Position numbers and translations under genes: made by a program. DNA of 64,000 nucleotides from an uncultured delta proteobacterium. GTDB taxonomy: Bacteria; Desulfobacterota; Binatia; Binatales; Binataceae. Under the pieces are notes generated by a model. It was not told the origin of the DNA. It made no database searches and saw nothing but the letters and a program-made list of their open reading frames with translations. Location of the stretch: the NCBI GenBank assembly GCA_963794325.1, contig CAWCDG010000005.1, forward strand, positions 128,001-192,000. Direction: 5' to 3'. How positions within the stretch are numbered: position 1 is the stretch's first letter; each line of letters starts with the position of its first letter. Shown here in pieces: positions 38,444-47,427 of this stretch.

Positions 38444-39775
38444 ATGAACGGCAAGAAGCCACGAATTCTTTTGGTGCAACCAACCACCGTCCATCTGGAC
38501 GGCACGCCGCACAAGACGCGGTGGCGGCTGATCATGGGGCTGATGATTCCGCTGATGGCGGGACTCACGCCTGACGATTACGACGTGACGCTGTGCGACG
38601 AGCGCCTCGAGAACATCAACTTCGACGGCGGATGGGACCTGGTCGGCATGACGACGACGATTGGCGCGTCGTTGCGCGCGTACCAGCTCGGCGACGAGTT
38701 CCGCAAACGCGGCATCCCGGTCGTGTTCGGCGGCTTCCATGCGACGCTGCAGACCGAAGAAGCGCTGCATCATTGCGACGCAGTCGTGAAGGGCGAGGCC
38801 GACCTGGTCTGGCCCGAGCTGCTGCAGGATTGGCGCGATGGCAAGCTCAAGCAGGTTTACAAGGCCGACAAGGTCCACGATCTGAAGAACCTGCCGCGCC
38901 CGCGTCACGAGCTGCTCAAACTGAATCGCTACCTGTTCAAGGCGGTGCCGGTGCAGGCGAGCCGCGGATGCCCGTACCGATGCTCGTTCTGCGAGATCCC
39001 GGTGTTCTACGACGGCGCCTATCGCACGCGGCCGATCGAGGACATCGTCGAAGAGATCAAGCAGGTCATGAAGGTGACCGGCTTCAAGCGCTTCCAGTTT
39101 ATCGACGATCAGATCACCGGCAAGCACAAGTTCGCGCGCGAGCTGTTCAAGGCGCTCGAGCCACTCAACATCCGCTTCTCATGCTTGTGGACGATCAATT
39201 CGAATCACGACGACGAGCTGCTCGACCTGGCGGCCAAGGCGGGAATCTTCCACGTCAATATCGGCGTGGAATCGATCAGCCAGGACAGCCTGCTGTCGAT
39301 GAACAAGATTCAGAATCACGCGAACCAATACAAGAAGCTGCTCAAGAAGATGGAGAAATACGGGATCTACTACTCGCTGAATTTCCTGTTCGGGCTGGAA
39401 GAGGATCGTCCAGGGGTCTTCGACGACACGCTGAAGTTCCTGCACGAGGTCAAAGCGCCCGAGGCGTTCTTCAACACCGTCACGCCGCGCGTCGGCACGC
39501 CGATGCGCACGCAGCTCGAGAACGAAGGCCGCGTGATTATCCCTGACGCGGATTTGTACACGAATAACTTCCGTTGCATGTTCGTGCCCAAGAACATGTC
39601 GCCGCAGGAAGTCGAAGAAGGCGTGTGGCGATGCACCAAGGAGTTCTACTCGCTGAAGTCGATGTTCCGCCGGCTGCTGATGCCACCGGGCAAGTTCACC
39701 TGGCAGGGCCTGACCGAGAACATGCTCTTCTACTGGGGTGCGAAGCGTCAGATCGATCCGGTTGACTACTATTAG
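38444..39775 (+). CDS. B12-binding domain radical SAM protein
   Basis: GGFHAT, GEAD, SRGCPYRCSFC, FIDD, IGVES. Confidence 0.92.
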   Translation: MNGKKPRILLVQPTTVHLDGTPHKTRWRLIMGLMIPLMAGLTPDDYDVTLCDERLENINFDGGWDLVGMTTTIGASLRAYQLGDEFRKRGIPVVFGGFHATLQTEEALHHCDAVVKGEADLVWPELLQDWRDGKLKQVYKADKVHDLKNLPRPRHELLKLNRYLFKAVPVQASRGCPYRCSFCEIPVFYDGAYRTRPIEDIVEEIKQVMKVTGFKRFQFIDDQITGKHKFARELFKALEPLNIRFSCLWTINSNHDDELLDLAAKAGIFHVNIGVESISQDSLLSMNKIQNHANQYKKLLKKMEKYGIYYSLNFLFGLEEDRPGVFDDTLKFLHEVKAPEAFFNTVTPRVGTPMRTQLENEGRVIIPDADLYTNNFRCMFVPKNMSPQEVEEGVWRCTKEFYSLKSMFRRLLMPPGKFTWQGLTENMLFYWGAKRQIDPVDYY

Positions 39776-39787
39776 GCCGACTCGGAT

Positions 39788-40102
39788 TTGATCCTAAAGA
39801 CCCTTGCGATTCTGATACTGGCCGCAGCGCTCGAAGTAGGCGGGGATGCGCTGGTGCGGATAGGACTGCATAGCTACGGCTACTCGCTGGCAGCCGGTGC
39901 GTTCGCGCTGTTCGCATACGGAATCCTGGTCAATCAAAGCGGCGTCGATTTCAACCGCCTGATGGGAATCTACATCGCGGTGTTCTTCGTGGTGTCGCAG
40001 GCGATCTCGTTCCTGTTCTTCAAGCAAATCCCCGACGACAAAATAATTCTGGGCGGAGGCTTCATAGTAACCGGCGGCCTCGTGATTTTGTTGATGACGT
40101 GA
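39788..40102 (+). CDS. Small four-TM membrane protein (YnfA/SMR-like)
   Basis: AALEVGGDA, GIYIAVFF, four hydrophobic segments. Confidence 0.75.
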   Translation: MILKTLAILILAAALEVGGDALVRIGLHSYGYSLAAGAFALFAYGILVNQSGVDFNRLMGIYIAVFFVVSQAISFLFFKQIPDDKIILGGGFIVTGGLVILLMT

Positions 40103-40104
40103 AT

Positions 40105-40270
40105 CCGGCTCCTTCCGCTCCCTCGCCCCATGTGGGGAGAGGGTTGGGGTGAGGGACATTTGTGCGGCGCGGTTCTCTGTTGCGCCGCACATCCGGAATC
40201 TTCAGCAAATTTGGTCCCTCACCCGCCGCTCGAAGACGAGCCGCGACCTCTCCCCACGTGGAGGCAATGA
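40105..40270 (-). repeat. Composite (BIME-like) repeat
   Basis: Reverse-complement relative of 26715-26878; its right unit recurs at 41366-41422. Confidence 0.75.
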
Positions 40271-40460
40271 TTTCGCTTCCCTCAAGGAAGAGACAAAGAG
40301 TGAGCATCGGCGGCGTTGCACTCTGTTCCGCAACCTAACCCCTACCTGCTCCGTCACCAGACCAAAACTTCACGTCGCATCGATTCGCGCATAGAATCGA
40401 ACGCGCAGAAACCTCTGATCTGTCGGTGAACGCACTTCTTCCGAAAAGCGAGACAAATTC

Positions 40461-41318
40461 ATGATCGAAGCAAAGTACACTCTGGACTACAAACTGATCG
40501 GTACTCAAATCGATCGACTGCTCGAAAGTGTCGTCAATAGGGCTGAGCGAGAATGGCCAAAATCATCGGACCCACCCACTAACGAGGCTTATACGGTAAT
40601 GATTGGCACTTTGCGGAGTGTTGCGAATACCTTTAAGACGGTCCGATACTTGTGCGCAGAAAAATCTCCAGATTGGCGTCACCGTCCGGAGCTCGCTCTC
40701 GCAACACCGCCGCTCGTGCGAACAATTCTCGATTCGTTCTACACGGTTGTTTTTGTATTTGAGGATATTCGTCCTCGTTCGGAATGGTACATGCATTCGG
40801 GATGGAGGGAACTTGCGGAGTATGTTGATCGAGTCAAGCGTGACTACGGTTCAGATCCAGTCTGGAAGGAATACTTAGACGAAACCGTCCCCAGATTGGA
40901 GCAACTTAGAATTATGATCGGTAGGCCGGAAAGCGAGCTAAGGAAGACGATTTGGTGGCCGACACCTCCGCAAATGAAAAACTTTGCTTTGCGCGCTGAT
41001 ACCATCAAGTTTTTCGAATATTTGCGCGATTGGTATTACAAAGAGTTCTCAGCTGTTTCGCATCTTAGCTTGCCAGGTCTCATTCAATCCGTAACGCCGT
41101 TAATGCAAGGTGTCGATGTAGCGAAGGTCGAACAGTTACGCGGTTACTACTTTAAGCAGGTCACAATTTTGTTGATGGCTATCTATTCCGAGTTTGAAGC
41201 TGAGTTAACGCCCGGGGTCTCGGCGGATCTCAAATACGTGTGGCAAATGTTGCACCAGCACTATCCGTTCGCCAAAGAGATTTATCAGCACCGCAACTAC
41301 GATTCCCGACTCAGTTGA
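40461..41318 (+). CDS. AT-richer hypothetical helical protein (DUF5677-like)
   Basis: Long ORF with atypical codon usage; RTILD and YKEFSAVSH motifs. Confidence 0.65.
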   Translation: MIEAKYTLDYKLIGTQIDRLLESVVNRAEREWPKSSDPPTNEAYTVMIGTLRSVANTFKTVRYLCAEKSPDWRHRPELALATPPLVRTILDSFYTVVFVFEDIRPRSEWYMHSGWRELAEYVDRVKRDYGSDPVWKEYLDETVPRLEQLRIMIGRPESELRKTIWWPTPPQMKNFALRADTIKFFEYLRDWYYKEFSAVSHLSLPGLIQSVTPLMQGVDVAKVEQLRGYYFKQVTILLMAIYSEFEAELTPGVSADLKYVWQMLHQHYPFAKEIYQHRNYDSRLS

Positions 41319-41365
41319 TTTCGCGGCGGCGCGAGCAGCCCTCTGTCGCATTCGATTTCCTCTAA

Positions 41366-41422
41366 GGTCCCTCACCCGCCGCTCGAAGACGAGCGTCGAC
41401 CTCTCCCCACGTTGGGAGAGGG
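41366..41422 (+). repeat. REP-like unit matching 40213-40263
   Basis: GGTCCCTCACCCGCCGCTCGAAGACGAGC...GACCTCTCCCCACGT(T)GGGAG. Confidence 0.8.
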
Positions 41423-41430
41423 AATGCGGG

Positions 41431-42785
41431 GTACAGACCGGGAGGATCGGTAACAGAATAGACCGGCAGGATGGGTAACAGATTGAATGCTACGGCAGGA
41501 GGAGCGAAGCGATGCCGTGGCGGGAGGTCTGTTCGATGGACGAGAAGATGCGGTTGATGGTGGCGCTGTCGGCCGAAGAGGAGAGCGTGACGGAGCTGTG
41601 CGAGGACTTCGGCATCAGCCGCAAGACCGCGTACAAGTGGTGGGCGCGTTACCGGCAGTTCGGCCCTGAGGGACTGAAGGAACGATCGCACGCGCCGGCG
41701 CTGGTGCCATGGGCGATATGCGACGCCCAGGCCGAGGCGATCATCGCAGTGCGCCGGGCGCATCCGAGTTGGGGACCGAAGAAGCTGCGCGCCAGACTCA
41801 GCCAAAGCGCGCCCAACCAGAGCTGGCCGGCGCCGAACACCATCGGAGAGTTGCTGCGCCGCGAACAACTCAGCCAGCCGCGCAAGCGGCGGCGCAGCGC
41901 GCGACCGTCGCCGATCCCCTTGCGCACGGCATTGGCGCCCAACGACATCTGGTGTACCGATTTCAAGGGCCCGTTCCATACCCAGGACGGCATGCGCTGC
42001 GATCCCTTCACTCTGACCGACGCCTACAGCCGCTACCTGTTATGCGTCAAGGCGGTCAATAAAGCTGGCTACGACGACTGCCGCAGCGAGCTGGAGCGGG
42101 TGTTTCGGGAGTACGGCCTGCCACGCGCGATCCGCTCGGATAACGGTCCACCGTTCGCCTCGAGCGGGGTGACCGGACTCAGTCGGCTGTCGGTGTGGTG
42201 GCTAAAGCTCGGCATCATGCCGGAGCGGATCGAACCGGGCAGGCCAGAGCAGAACGGGCGGCACGAACGGATGCACAAGACGCTCAAGGCCGAATGCGCC
42301 AGTCCGCCGCAAGCCGACCGTGGCTCGCAGCAGAATCGCTTCGATCAGTTCCGCGAAGAGTTCAATCAGCAGCGGCCACACGAGGCGCTGGGTCAGACCG
42401 CGCCGGCGACGCACTATACACCGTCGCCGCGCAGCTATCCGTCCAGGCTCGAGGATCCCGCCTATCCGGCCGACTACCAGCCGCGGCGCGTGCGCCACAC
42501 CGGCGATATCAAATGGCAGGGGGAATCGGTCTTCCTGAGCGAGACTTGAGCAATGAGGTAGTAGGAATAGTTGAAACCGATGAGGGAGATGCGGTGGCCT
42601 ACTACGGACCGCTGATACTCGGGCTCATCGACGGCGTCAGCTTAAAACTGCGCCGCCTGCAGCCTGCCAGCAGTTCCACAGTCGGGCGAGGGGGGCAGCC
42701 CCCCTCGCGCTCCTCCCCGTCAAACTCAGAAATAGTGTTACCTATCATGCCGGTCTAAAGTGTTACCGATCATCCCGGTCGCTCA
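41431..42785 (+). mobile_element. IS481-family insertion sequence
   Basis: Imperfect terminal inverted repeats GACCGGGAgGATCGGTAACA, each with a tandem inner copy; CGGG flanks both ends (possible target duplication). Confidence 0.85.
41512..42758 (+). CDS. IS481-family DDE transposase, frameshift near 42546
   Basis: MPW start, ISRKTAYKW HTH, WCTDFKG, SDNGPPF, QNGRHERMH, RPHEAL; C-terminus SNEVVGIVE continues in another frame to 42758. Confidence 0.88.
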
Positions 42786-42789
42786 CGGG

Positions 42790-43635
42790 CTACGGGTGAA
42801 GCACGACGTTGTCGATCAAGCGGGTTTTGCCGACGCGGGCGGCGATCGCGATCAGGATTGGACGATCGAGCGACGGGTGGCGCGCGAGAGTTTCGGCGTC
42901 CACGGCTTCGACATATTCGATCGTAATGCCTTTCATTCGCTTCAGCACGCGGGTTGCCGCGAAGACGATTTCCTCGGCGCAGCATGGGTCGGTGCGATGC
43001 TGGTCGCGGGCGGCGCGGAGCGCGAGGCTTAGTGCGAGTGCGTCTTCGCGCTCGGTTGGCGACAGGTATGCATTGCGCGAGCTCATCGCGAGCCCGTCTT
43101 TTTCGCGAACGATCGGTACGGGTAGGATTTCGACGTCGAAGTTCAAGTCGCGGACCATCTTCTGAATCGCGCGGAGTTGCTGGAAATCTTTTTCGCCGAA
43201 TACGGCGATATGCGGTTTGACGATGTTGAAGAGCTTGGCGACCACCGTCGTCACGCCGCGGAAGTGGCCGGGGCGATGCGCGCCGCACAGACCCTCAGTA
43301 ATCTCGCCGGCGTCCACCCAGCTTTGCGCGTCAGGCGAGTACATCGCAGCGGGCTCGGGCGCGAACACTACGTCCACCGGCACAGTCTCGAGCATCGCGC
43401 AGTCGCGCCCGAAGTTGCGCGGGTAGCGCGCGAAGTCCTCGCCGGGACCGAACTGTGTCGGGTTGACGAAAATCGACGCGACCAGAACCGACGACTGACG
43501 GCGGCCTTCGCGCATCAGGGTCAGATGACCGTCGTGCAGAAAGCCCATCGTTGGAACGAGTGCGATTCGTTCGCCACTTTGACGAGCGCTTTCCGCGTAG
43601 CGGGTCATTTCGTCGGGCGAGGTAATGACGTTCAT
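42790..43635 (-). CDS. panC: Pantoate--beta-alanine ligase
   Basis: VPTMGFLHDGH, FVNPTQF, RPGHF, GEKDFQQ, AMSSRN, RLIDN. Confidence 0.96.
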   Translation of the reverse strand: MNVITSPDEMTRYAESARQSGERIALVPTMGFLHDGHLTLMREGRRQSSVLVASIFVNPTQFGPGEDFARYPRNFGRDCAMLETVPVDVVFAPEPAAMYSPDAQSWVDAGEITEGLCGAHRPGHFRGVTTVVAKLFNIVKPHIAVFGEKDFQQLRAIQKMVRDLNFDVEILPVPIVREKDGLAMSSRNAYLSPTEREDALALSLALRAARDQHRTDPCCAEEIVFAATRVLKRMKGITIEYVEAVDAETLARHPSLDRPILIAIAARVGKTRLIDNVVLHP

Positions 43636-44471
43636 CGCGAGGCCCTCCTTGATTCGGCGTAGCAGTGTTCCGGCGCGGGGAACGCGCGCTCCTTCACTTC
43701 GCGCACGTAGGCTCGCGCAGCGGACGCCGCGTCATTCCACAGATGCGCGAACGGCTTGGCGAAGCGCGGGGCGCACGACTCGTAAAGCCCGAGCATGTCG
43801 TGCATCACGAGCACCTGGCCGTCGCAATCGGGACCGGCGCCGATGCCGATAGTCGGGATGGTGATGCTGGCGGTTATCTCGCGCGCCAACGAGGGCGGCA
43901 CACCTTCGACCACGATCGCGAATGCGCCCGCGGCCTCAAGCGCGGCGGCGTCTTCGAGCAGTCGCTCGCGGCATCCTGCGGCGCGTCCGGATTTGCGGCC
44001 TTGCACGCGATGCCCACCCATCCGATGTATCGATTGCGGCGTCAGTCCGACGTGGCCCATCACCGGAATATCGACCGCCGCGATTCGCGCGACTGCGCCG
44101 GCAATCGCGACGCCGCCTTCGAGCTTCACCGCCTCGGCGCCGCCTTCCTTGACGAGACGGCCGGCGTTGCGCAGGGCGTCTTCGGGGCTGATTTGATACG
44201 AGAGAAACGGCATGTCGGCGACCACCAGCGCGCGGCGTCGCGCCCGGGCGACCGCGCGAGTGTGATAGATGACCTCGTCGATCGTGACGGCGAGCGTAGT
44301 GTCTTCGCCGCGCACCGCCATCCCGAGGCTATCGCCGATGAGAAGCACGTCGACGCCGCAGTTGTCGAAAATTCTCGCGAACGGAAAGTCGTACGCGGTC
44401 AGCATCGTGATCGGCTGCCGCGCGGCCTTCATGCGGGCGAGATCGGGCACGCGAACTTTTTCTTGCGTCAC
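43632..44471 (-). CDS. panB: 3-methyl-2-oxobutanoate hydroxymethyltransferase
   Basis: LTAYD, GDSLG, ADMPF, VKLEGG, GHVGLTPQ, GIGAGPDCDGQVLV. Confidence 0.96.
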   Translation of the reverse strand: MTQEKVRVPDLARMKAARQPITMLTAYDFPFARIFDNCGVDVLLIGDSLGMAVRGEDTTLAVTIDEVIYHTRAVARARRRALVVADMPFLSYQISPEDALRNAGRLVKEGGAEAVKLEGGVAIAGAVARIAAVDIPVMGHVGLTPQSIHRMGGHRVQGRKSGRAAGCRERLLEDAAALEAAGAFAIVVEGVPPSLAREITASITIPTIGIGAGPDCDGQVLVMHDMLGLYESCAPRFAKPFAHLWNDAASAARAYVREVKERAFPAPEHCYAESRRASR

Positions 44472-44506
44472 TTTTTTCTCCGAGCGCTCAGTTGCTCTCA
44501 CTTACT

Positions 44507-44546
44507 AAAAAAGAAAAACGGGGCTGCCGCGCGACCGGCAACCCCG
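44507..44546 (-). terminator. Intrinsic terminator in the panB leader (attenuator)
   Basis: Minus strand CGGGGTTGCC...GGCAGCCCCG followed by TTTTTCTTTTTT, upstream of the panB start. Confidence 0.8.
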
Positions 44547-44587
44547 CATCAGAGCGTCCTCGAATGAACGAGGGCTCGAATCACTCG

Positions 44588-44692
44588 GAGTCCCGGTCCT
44601 TATCGGATCCAGGCGCGAGCAGACTACGAAACCTAAATGTCCTCTCTCAGCACCGTCTCGCCGGGAAAAAATCTTCCTCGACGGACCGGTTC
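44588..44692 (-). ncRNA. pan RNA motif-like cis-regulatory leader
   Basis: Two bulged hairpins (CCGGTCCGTCGAGG...GAGACGG and GCCTGGATCCGATAAGGACCGGGAC) upstream of panB, starting just after a TATAAT at 44699-44694; resemblance to the pan motif is from memory. Confidence 0.7.
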
Positions 44693-44763
44693 AATTATAT
44701 AGAGAAAGCGGACGCGCGCGTAAAGCGGGAAATTGCGCGCGAGCATTGCGAGTGATGATCAGC

Positions 44764-44851
44764 AACCTAACCCCTAACCCCTTCCCGAGCGGGAAGGGGG
44801 ACCGGATTGGGGAGAGTAACCTCTTCCCGAGCGGGAAGGGGAACAATCGCG
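44764..44851 (+). repeat. Tandem family A repeats
   Basis: Two CTTCCCGAGCGGGAAGGGG hairpins. Confidence 0.8.
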
Positions 44852-44861
44852 GAGGCTTCGA

Positions 44862-45686
44862 TCAGTTGGTGGCTTGGAGGATGGTGGTGGGGACTGGCAT
44901 CGTCACCTGGACGCGTTTGCCGTCGCGCAGGATGCTCAGGTAAACGACCTCGCCGGGTTGCAGATCGTGCATGCGATCCTGGAAGTCGAGAAAGTTCGTC
45001 ACGCGCGAGCCGTCGACGCCGATGATCATGTCGTAGCTCTCGCCGACTTGCATGTAGTCGAGCGCGGGAATCACCACCACCGACAAACCGCCCGAGAAAA
45101 CCGCACCCACCATCGCAGCCGCCGCGAGCGCGTCGTGGACAGTGTGATTGTAGGGGCGCAGACCGACTGCCGCGGCCGGGCTGCCCTTCGCGACGGTAGT
45201 GATCAGCAGGCCGTCGGCCTCCTCACCGGTCTTGAGCGAGCGCTTCGCTTCGCGCAGTTGCATTCCAAACGGAGTCGAAAGCTCGCCCTCGCTATCGAAC
45301 TCCTGCAAGGCTTTGAGCTGCTCCGGCGGCATCCCACTCTGCTCTTCCTGGTAACGCGCGACTTCGCTGCCGTCGTTGGAATCAGGCCCGCCACTCGCTG
45401 ACTGCTGCTGCGAGGCGTCAGGACTGGCGGGCGCAATCTCCGTAGCGCCGGACGGCGTGGGGTCATTGTCGAGCGGGGTCGCAACCATGTTCGACGGGCC
45501 GCTGGCGGTTGGGCTTGCGGCTGCAGACGCGGCTGCGATCCTCCAGGTGTCGGATGCGGTGGTATCGACGGCGGATTGCGCGGATGCGACAGAGCTAACT
45601 AGCAGGACCAGCAGCATCGCGGCGAGCGATGCGGCGAGCGCGCGATACTCACGCGGCTTGCTAGCTAAGGCTCCAGCGCTTTTCAT
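44862..45686 (-). CDS. Secreted PDZ-domain protein
   Basis: Signal peptide, GLLITTVAKGSPAAAVGL, DMIIGVDG, LSILRDGK. Confidence 0.75.
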   Translation of the reverse strand: MKSAGALASKPREYRALAASLAAMLLVLLVSSVASAQSAVDTTASDTWRIAAASAAASPTASGPSNMVATPLDNDPTPSGATEIAPASPDASQQQSASGGPDSNDGSEVARYQEEQSGMPPEQLKALQEFDSEGELSTPFGMQLREAKRSLKTGEEADGLLITTVAKGSPAAAVGLRPYNHTVHDALAAAAMVGAVFSGGLSVVVIPALDYMQVGESYDMIIGVDGSRVTNFLDFQDRMHDLQPGEVVYLSILRDGKRVQVTMPVPTTILQATN

Positions 45687-46542
45687 GCTCCACCACGCGG
45701 CCCTCTCGCTCGAGCTTCTTCAGATGAGAGCGGATCGAGCTGGCGGCCGCGGCGTGCAGATACTCCGGATAGTCAACGTATATCTTCTTGACGATTGCCA
45801 TCGCGTCGAGCGGTCCGGCATCGCCGGCGAGCGCCTCGAGCACCTGGCGTTCGCGCAATTCGCGATGAGCAATGTACTCGCCGATCTTTTCTTTCGGATT
45901 GCGGATGACCGGTCCGTGCGCCGGATAAATCGTCTCGAGGTCGAGCGCGAGCAGGCGCTTCAGCGAGTCCATGTACTCGCCCAAATCGCCGGTATCGTCC
46001 GGAATAACTGTGGTACCCGCACCCAGCACGACGTCCCCCGTGAACAGCGCGCGCTCTTCCTCAAGGTAGTAGCACAAATGATCGGGGGCGTGACCAGGGG
46101 TGAATACCGCGCGCAGGGTAGCGCCTTCGGTGTGCACGACAGCGTCGTGGCCGATCGGGGAAATCTCGCCGGCCGGGGCGTCGTGGCCCGCCCACGGCAT
46201 CTTCAGCACTTCCATCTCGCCGAATTTTTCCGTGACCTGCCTGACGCCTCCCAAATGATCGACGTGCGCGTGAGTGAGCACGATTCGCTCGATCTCAGTC
46301 GCGCCGGAAAGTTCTTTGAGACCGGCCTCGAGCAGGTCAGGGTAAATCGCGACGCCCTGCCCCGTGTCCAGGAGTATCGGACGCTTCGAGGTGCCGACGA
46401 TCCAGGTGTTGGTGCCGGGTCCGGTGAACGGACTCGGATTCTGGCCGAGCACAGTCGCGACGCGCGGCGAGACGCGCTGGTAGTCCGGCATCTTGAGACC
46501 GATCATCGAATCGGTCACGACTCTGCCCTGCTTGCTCATCAA
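45661..46542 (-). CDS. MBL-fold metallo-hydrolase (LACTB2-like)
   Basis: NPSPFTGPGTNT, THAHVDH, TPGHAPDH, FTGD, PAHG. Confidence 0.9.
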   Translation of the reverse strand: MMSKQGRVVTDSMIGLKMPDYQRVSPRVATVLGQNPSPFTGPGTNTWIVGTSKRPILLDTGQGVAIYPDLLEAGLKELSGATEIERIVLTHAHVDHLGGVRQVTEKFGEMEVLKMPWAGHDAPAGEISPIGHDAVVHTEGATLRAVFTPGHAPDHLCYYLEEERALFTGDVVLGAGTTVIPDDTGDLGEYMDSLKRLLALDLETIYPAHGPVIRNPKEKIGEYIAHRELRERQVLEALAGDAGPLDAMAIVKKIYVDYPEYLHAAAASSIRSHLKKLEREGRVVEHEKRWSLS

Positions 46543-46557
46543 AGGTCCCTTTAATTC

Positions 46558-47328
46558 CTAGCGCCGGTTGCGCTCAAATATCAGCCGCAATCCTTTCAAT
46601 GTCAAAAACTCGTCGACCTCTTCAATCGTTTCGCTTTCGGGCGCGATCAGTTCGGCGAGGCCGCCGGTCGCGATTACGCGCGCTTTTTCGCCGCGCTCTT
46701 TCAGGATCCGCGCGACCAGGCCGTCGACCAGCGCCGTGTAACCGAAGATAAGCCCCGACTGGATCGAGCCGACCGTGGTGCGGCCGACCGCCTCGCGCGG
46801 GCGGACCAGCTCGACGCGATAGAGCTTCGCGGCGTGCTCGATTAACGCGTTCATCGAGACGCCAAGGCCTGGCGCGATTGCGCCGCCGGCGTATTCGCCC
46901 TTGCCGGTCACGTAGTCGAACGTCGTCGCAGTGCCGAAATCGACGACGATTGTCGCGCATGCGTAGCGCTCGTAGGCGGCGACCGCGTTGACGATTCGGT
47001 CCGCGCCAACCTCCTTCGGATTTTCGTAGAGGATCGGCATCCCGGTTTTAATTCCCGGGCCGACCATCAGCGGCGAGCAATGGAAATAGCGCTCCGCGAG
47101 TTGCTCCATCACCTGGTTGAGCGGAGGGACCACGCATGCGATCGCGACGCCTTCAGGCTTGACACCGCCCTCGAGACCGGCGCCGGCGAGAAGAGTGTTG
47201 AGCAGCGCGCCATGCTCGTCCGTCGTGCGATCGGGAACAGTCGAGATGCGCCAGTGATTGCGCAGCCGCTCGCCTTCGTAAATTCCAATCACGGTATGGC
47301 TGTTGCCAACGTCAACCGTTATCAGCAT
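46558..47328 (-). CDS. coaX: Type III pantothenate kinase
   Basis: [29 protein letters not shown]. Confidence 0.95.
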   Translation of the reverse strand: MLITVDVGNSHTVIGIYEGERLRNHWRISTVPDRTTDEHGALLNTLLAGAGLEGGVKPEGVAIACVVPPLNQVMEQLAERYFHCSPLMVGPGIKTGMPILYENPKEVGADRIVNAVAAYERYACATIVVDFGTATTFDYVTGKGEYAGGAIAPGLGVSMNALIEHAAKLYRVELVRPREAVGRTTVGSIQSGLIFGYTALVDGLVARILKERGEKARVIATGGLAELIAPESETIEEVDEFLTLKGLRLIFERNRR

Positions 47329-47427
47329 GACAAATCCCCGTCCGATCGGCTTCGTCGATAGCGACGCGATCGGGCACAGATAATAGCGCGCTGACTCGAG
47401 GTAAAAGAAACGGCCGCGACGCGGGGC

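Noticed and set aside
32811-39775. Phosphonate or LPS heptose pathway
   Set aside because: No PEP mutase or phosphonopyruvate decarboxylase and no gmhA/hldE here; the aminotransferase is class III rather than the class V AEP transaminase.
41362-41979. 205-aa minus-strand ORF inside the IS
   Set aside because: Antisense to the transposase and reads out across the IS end; typical shadow ORF.
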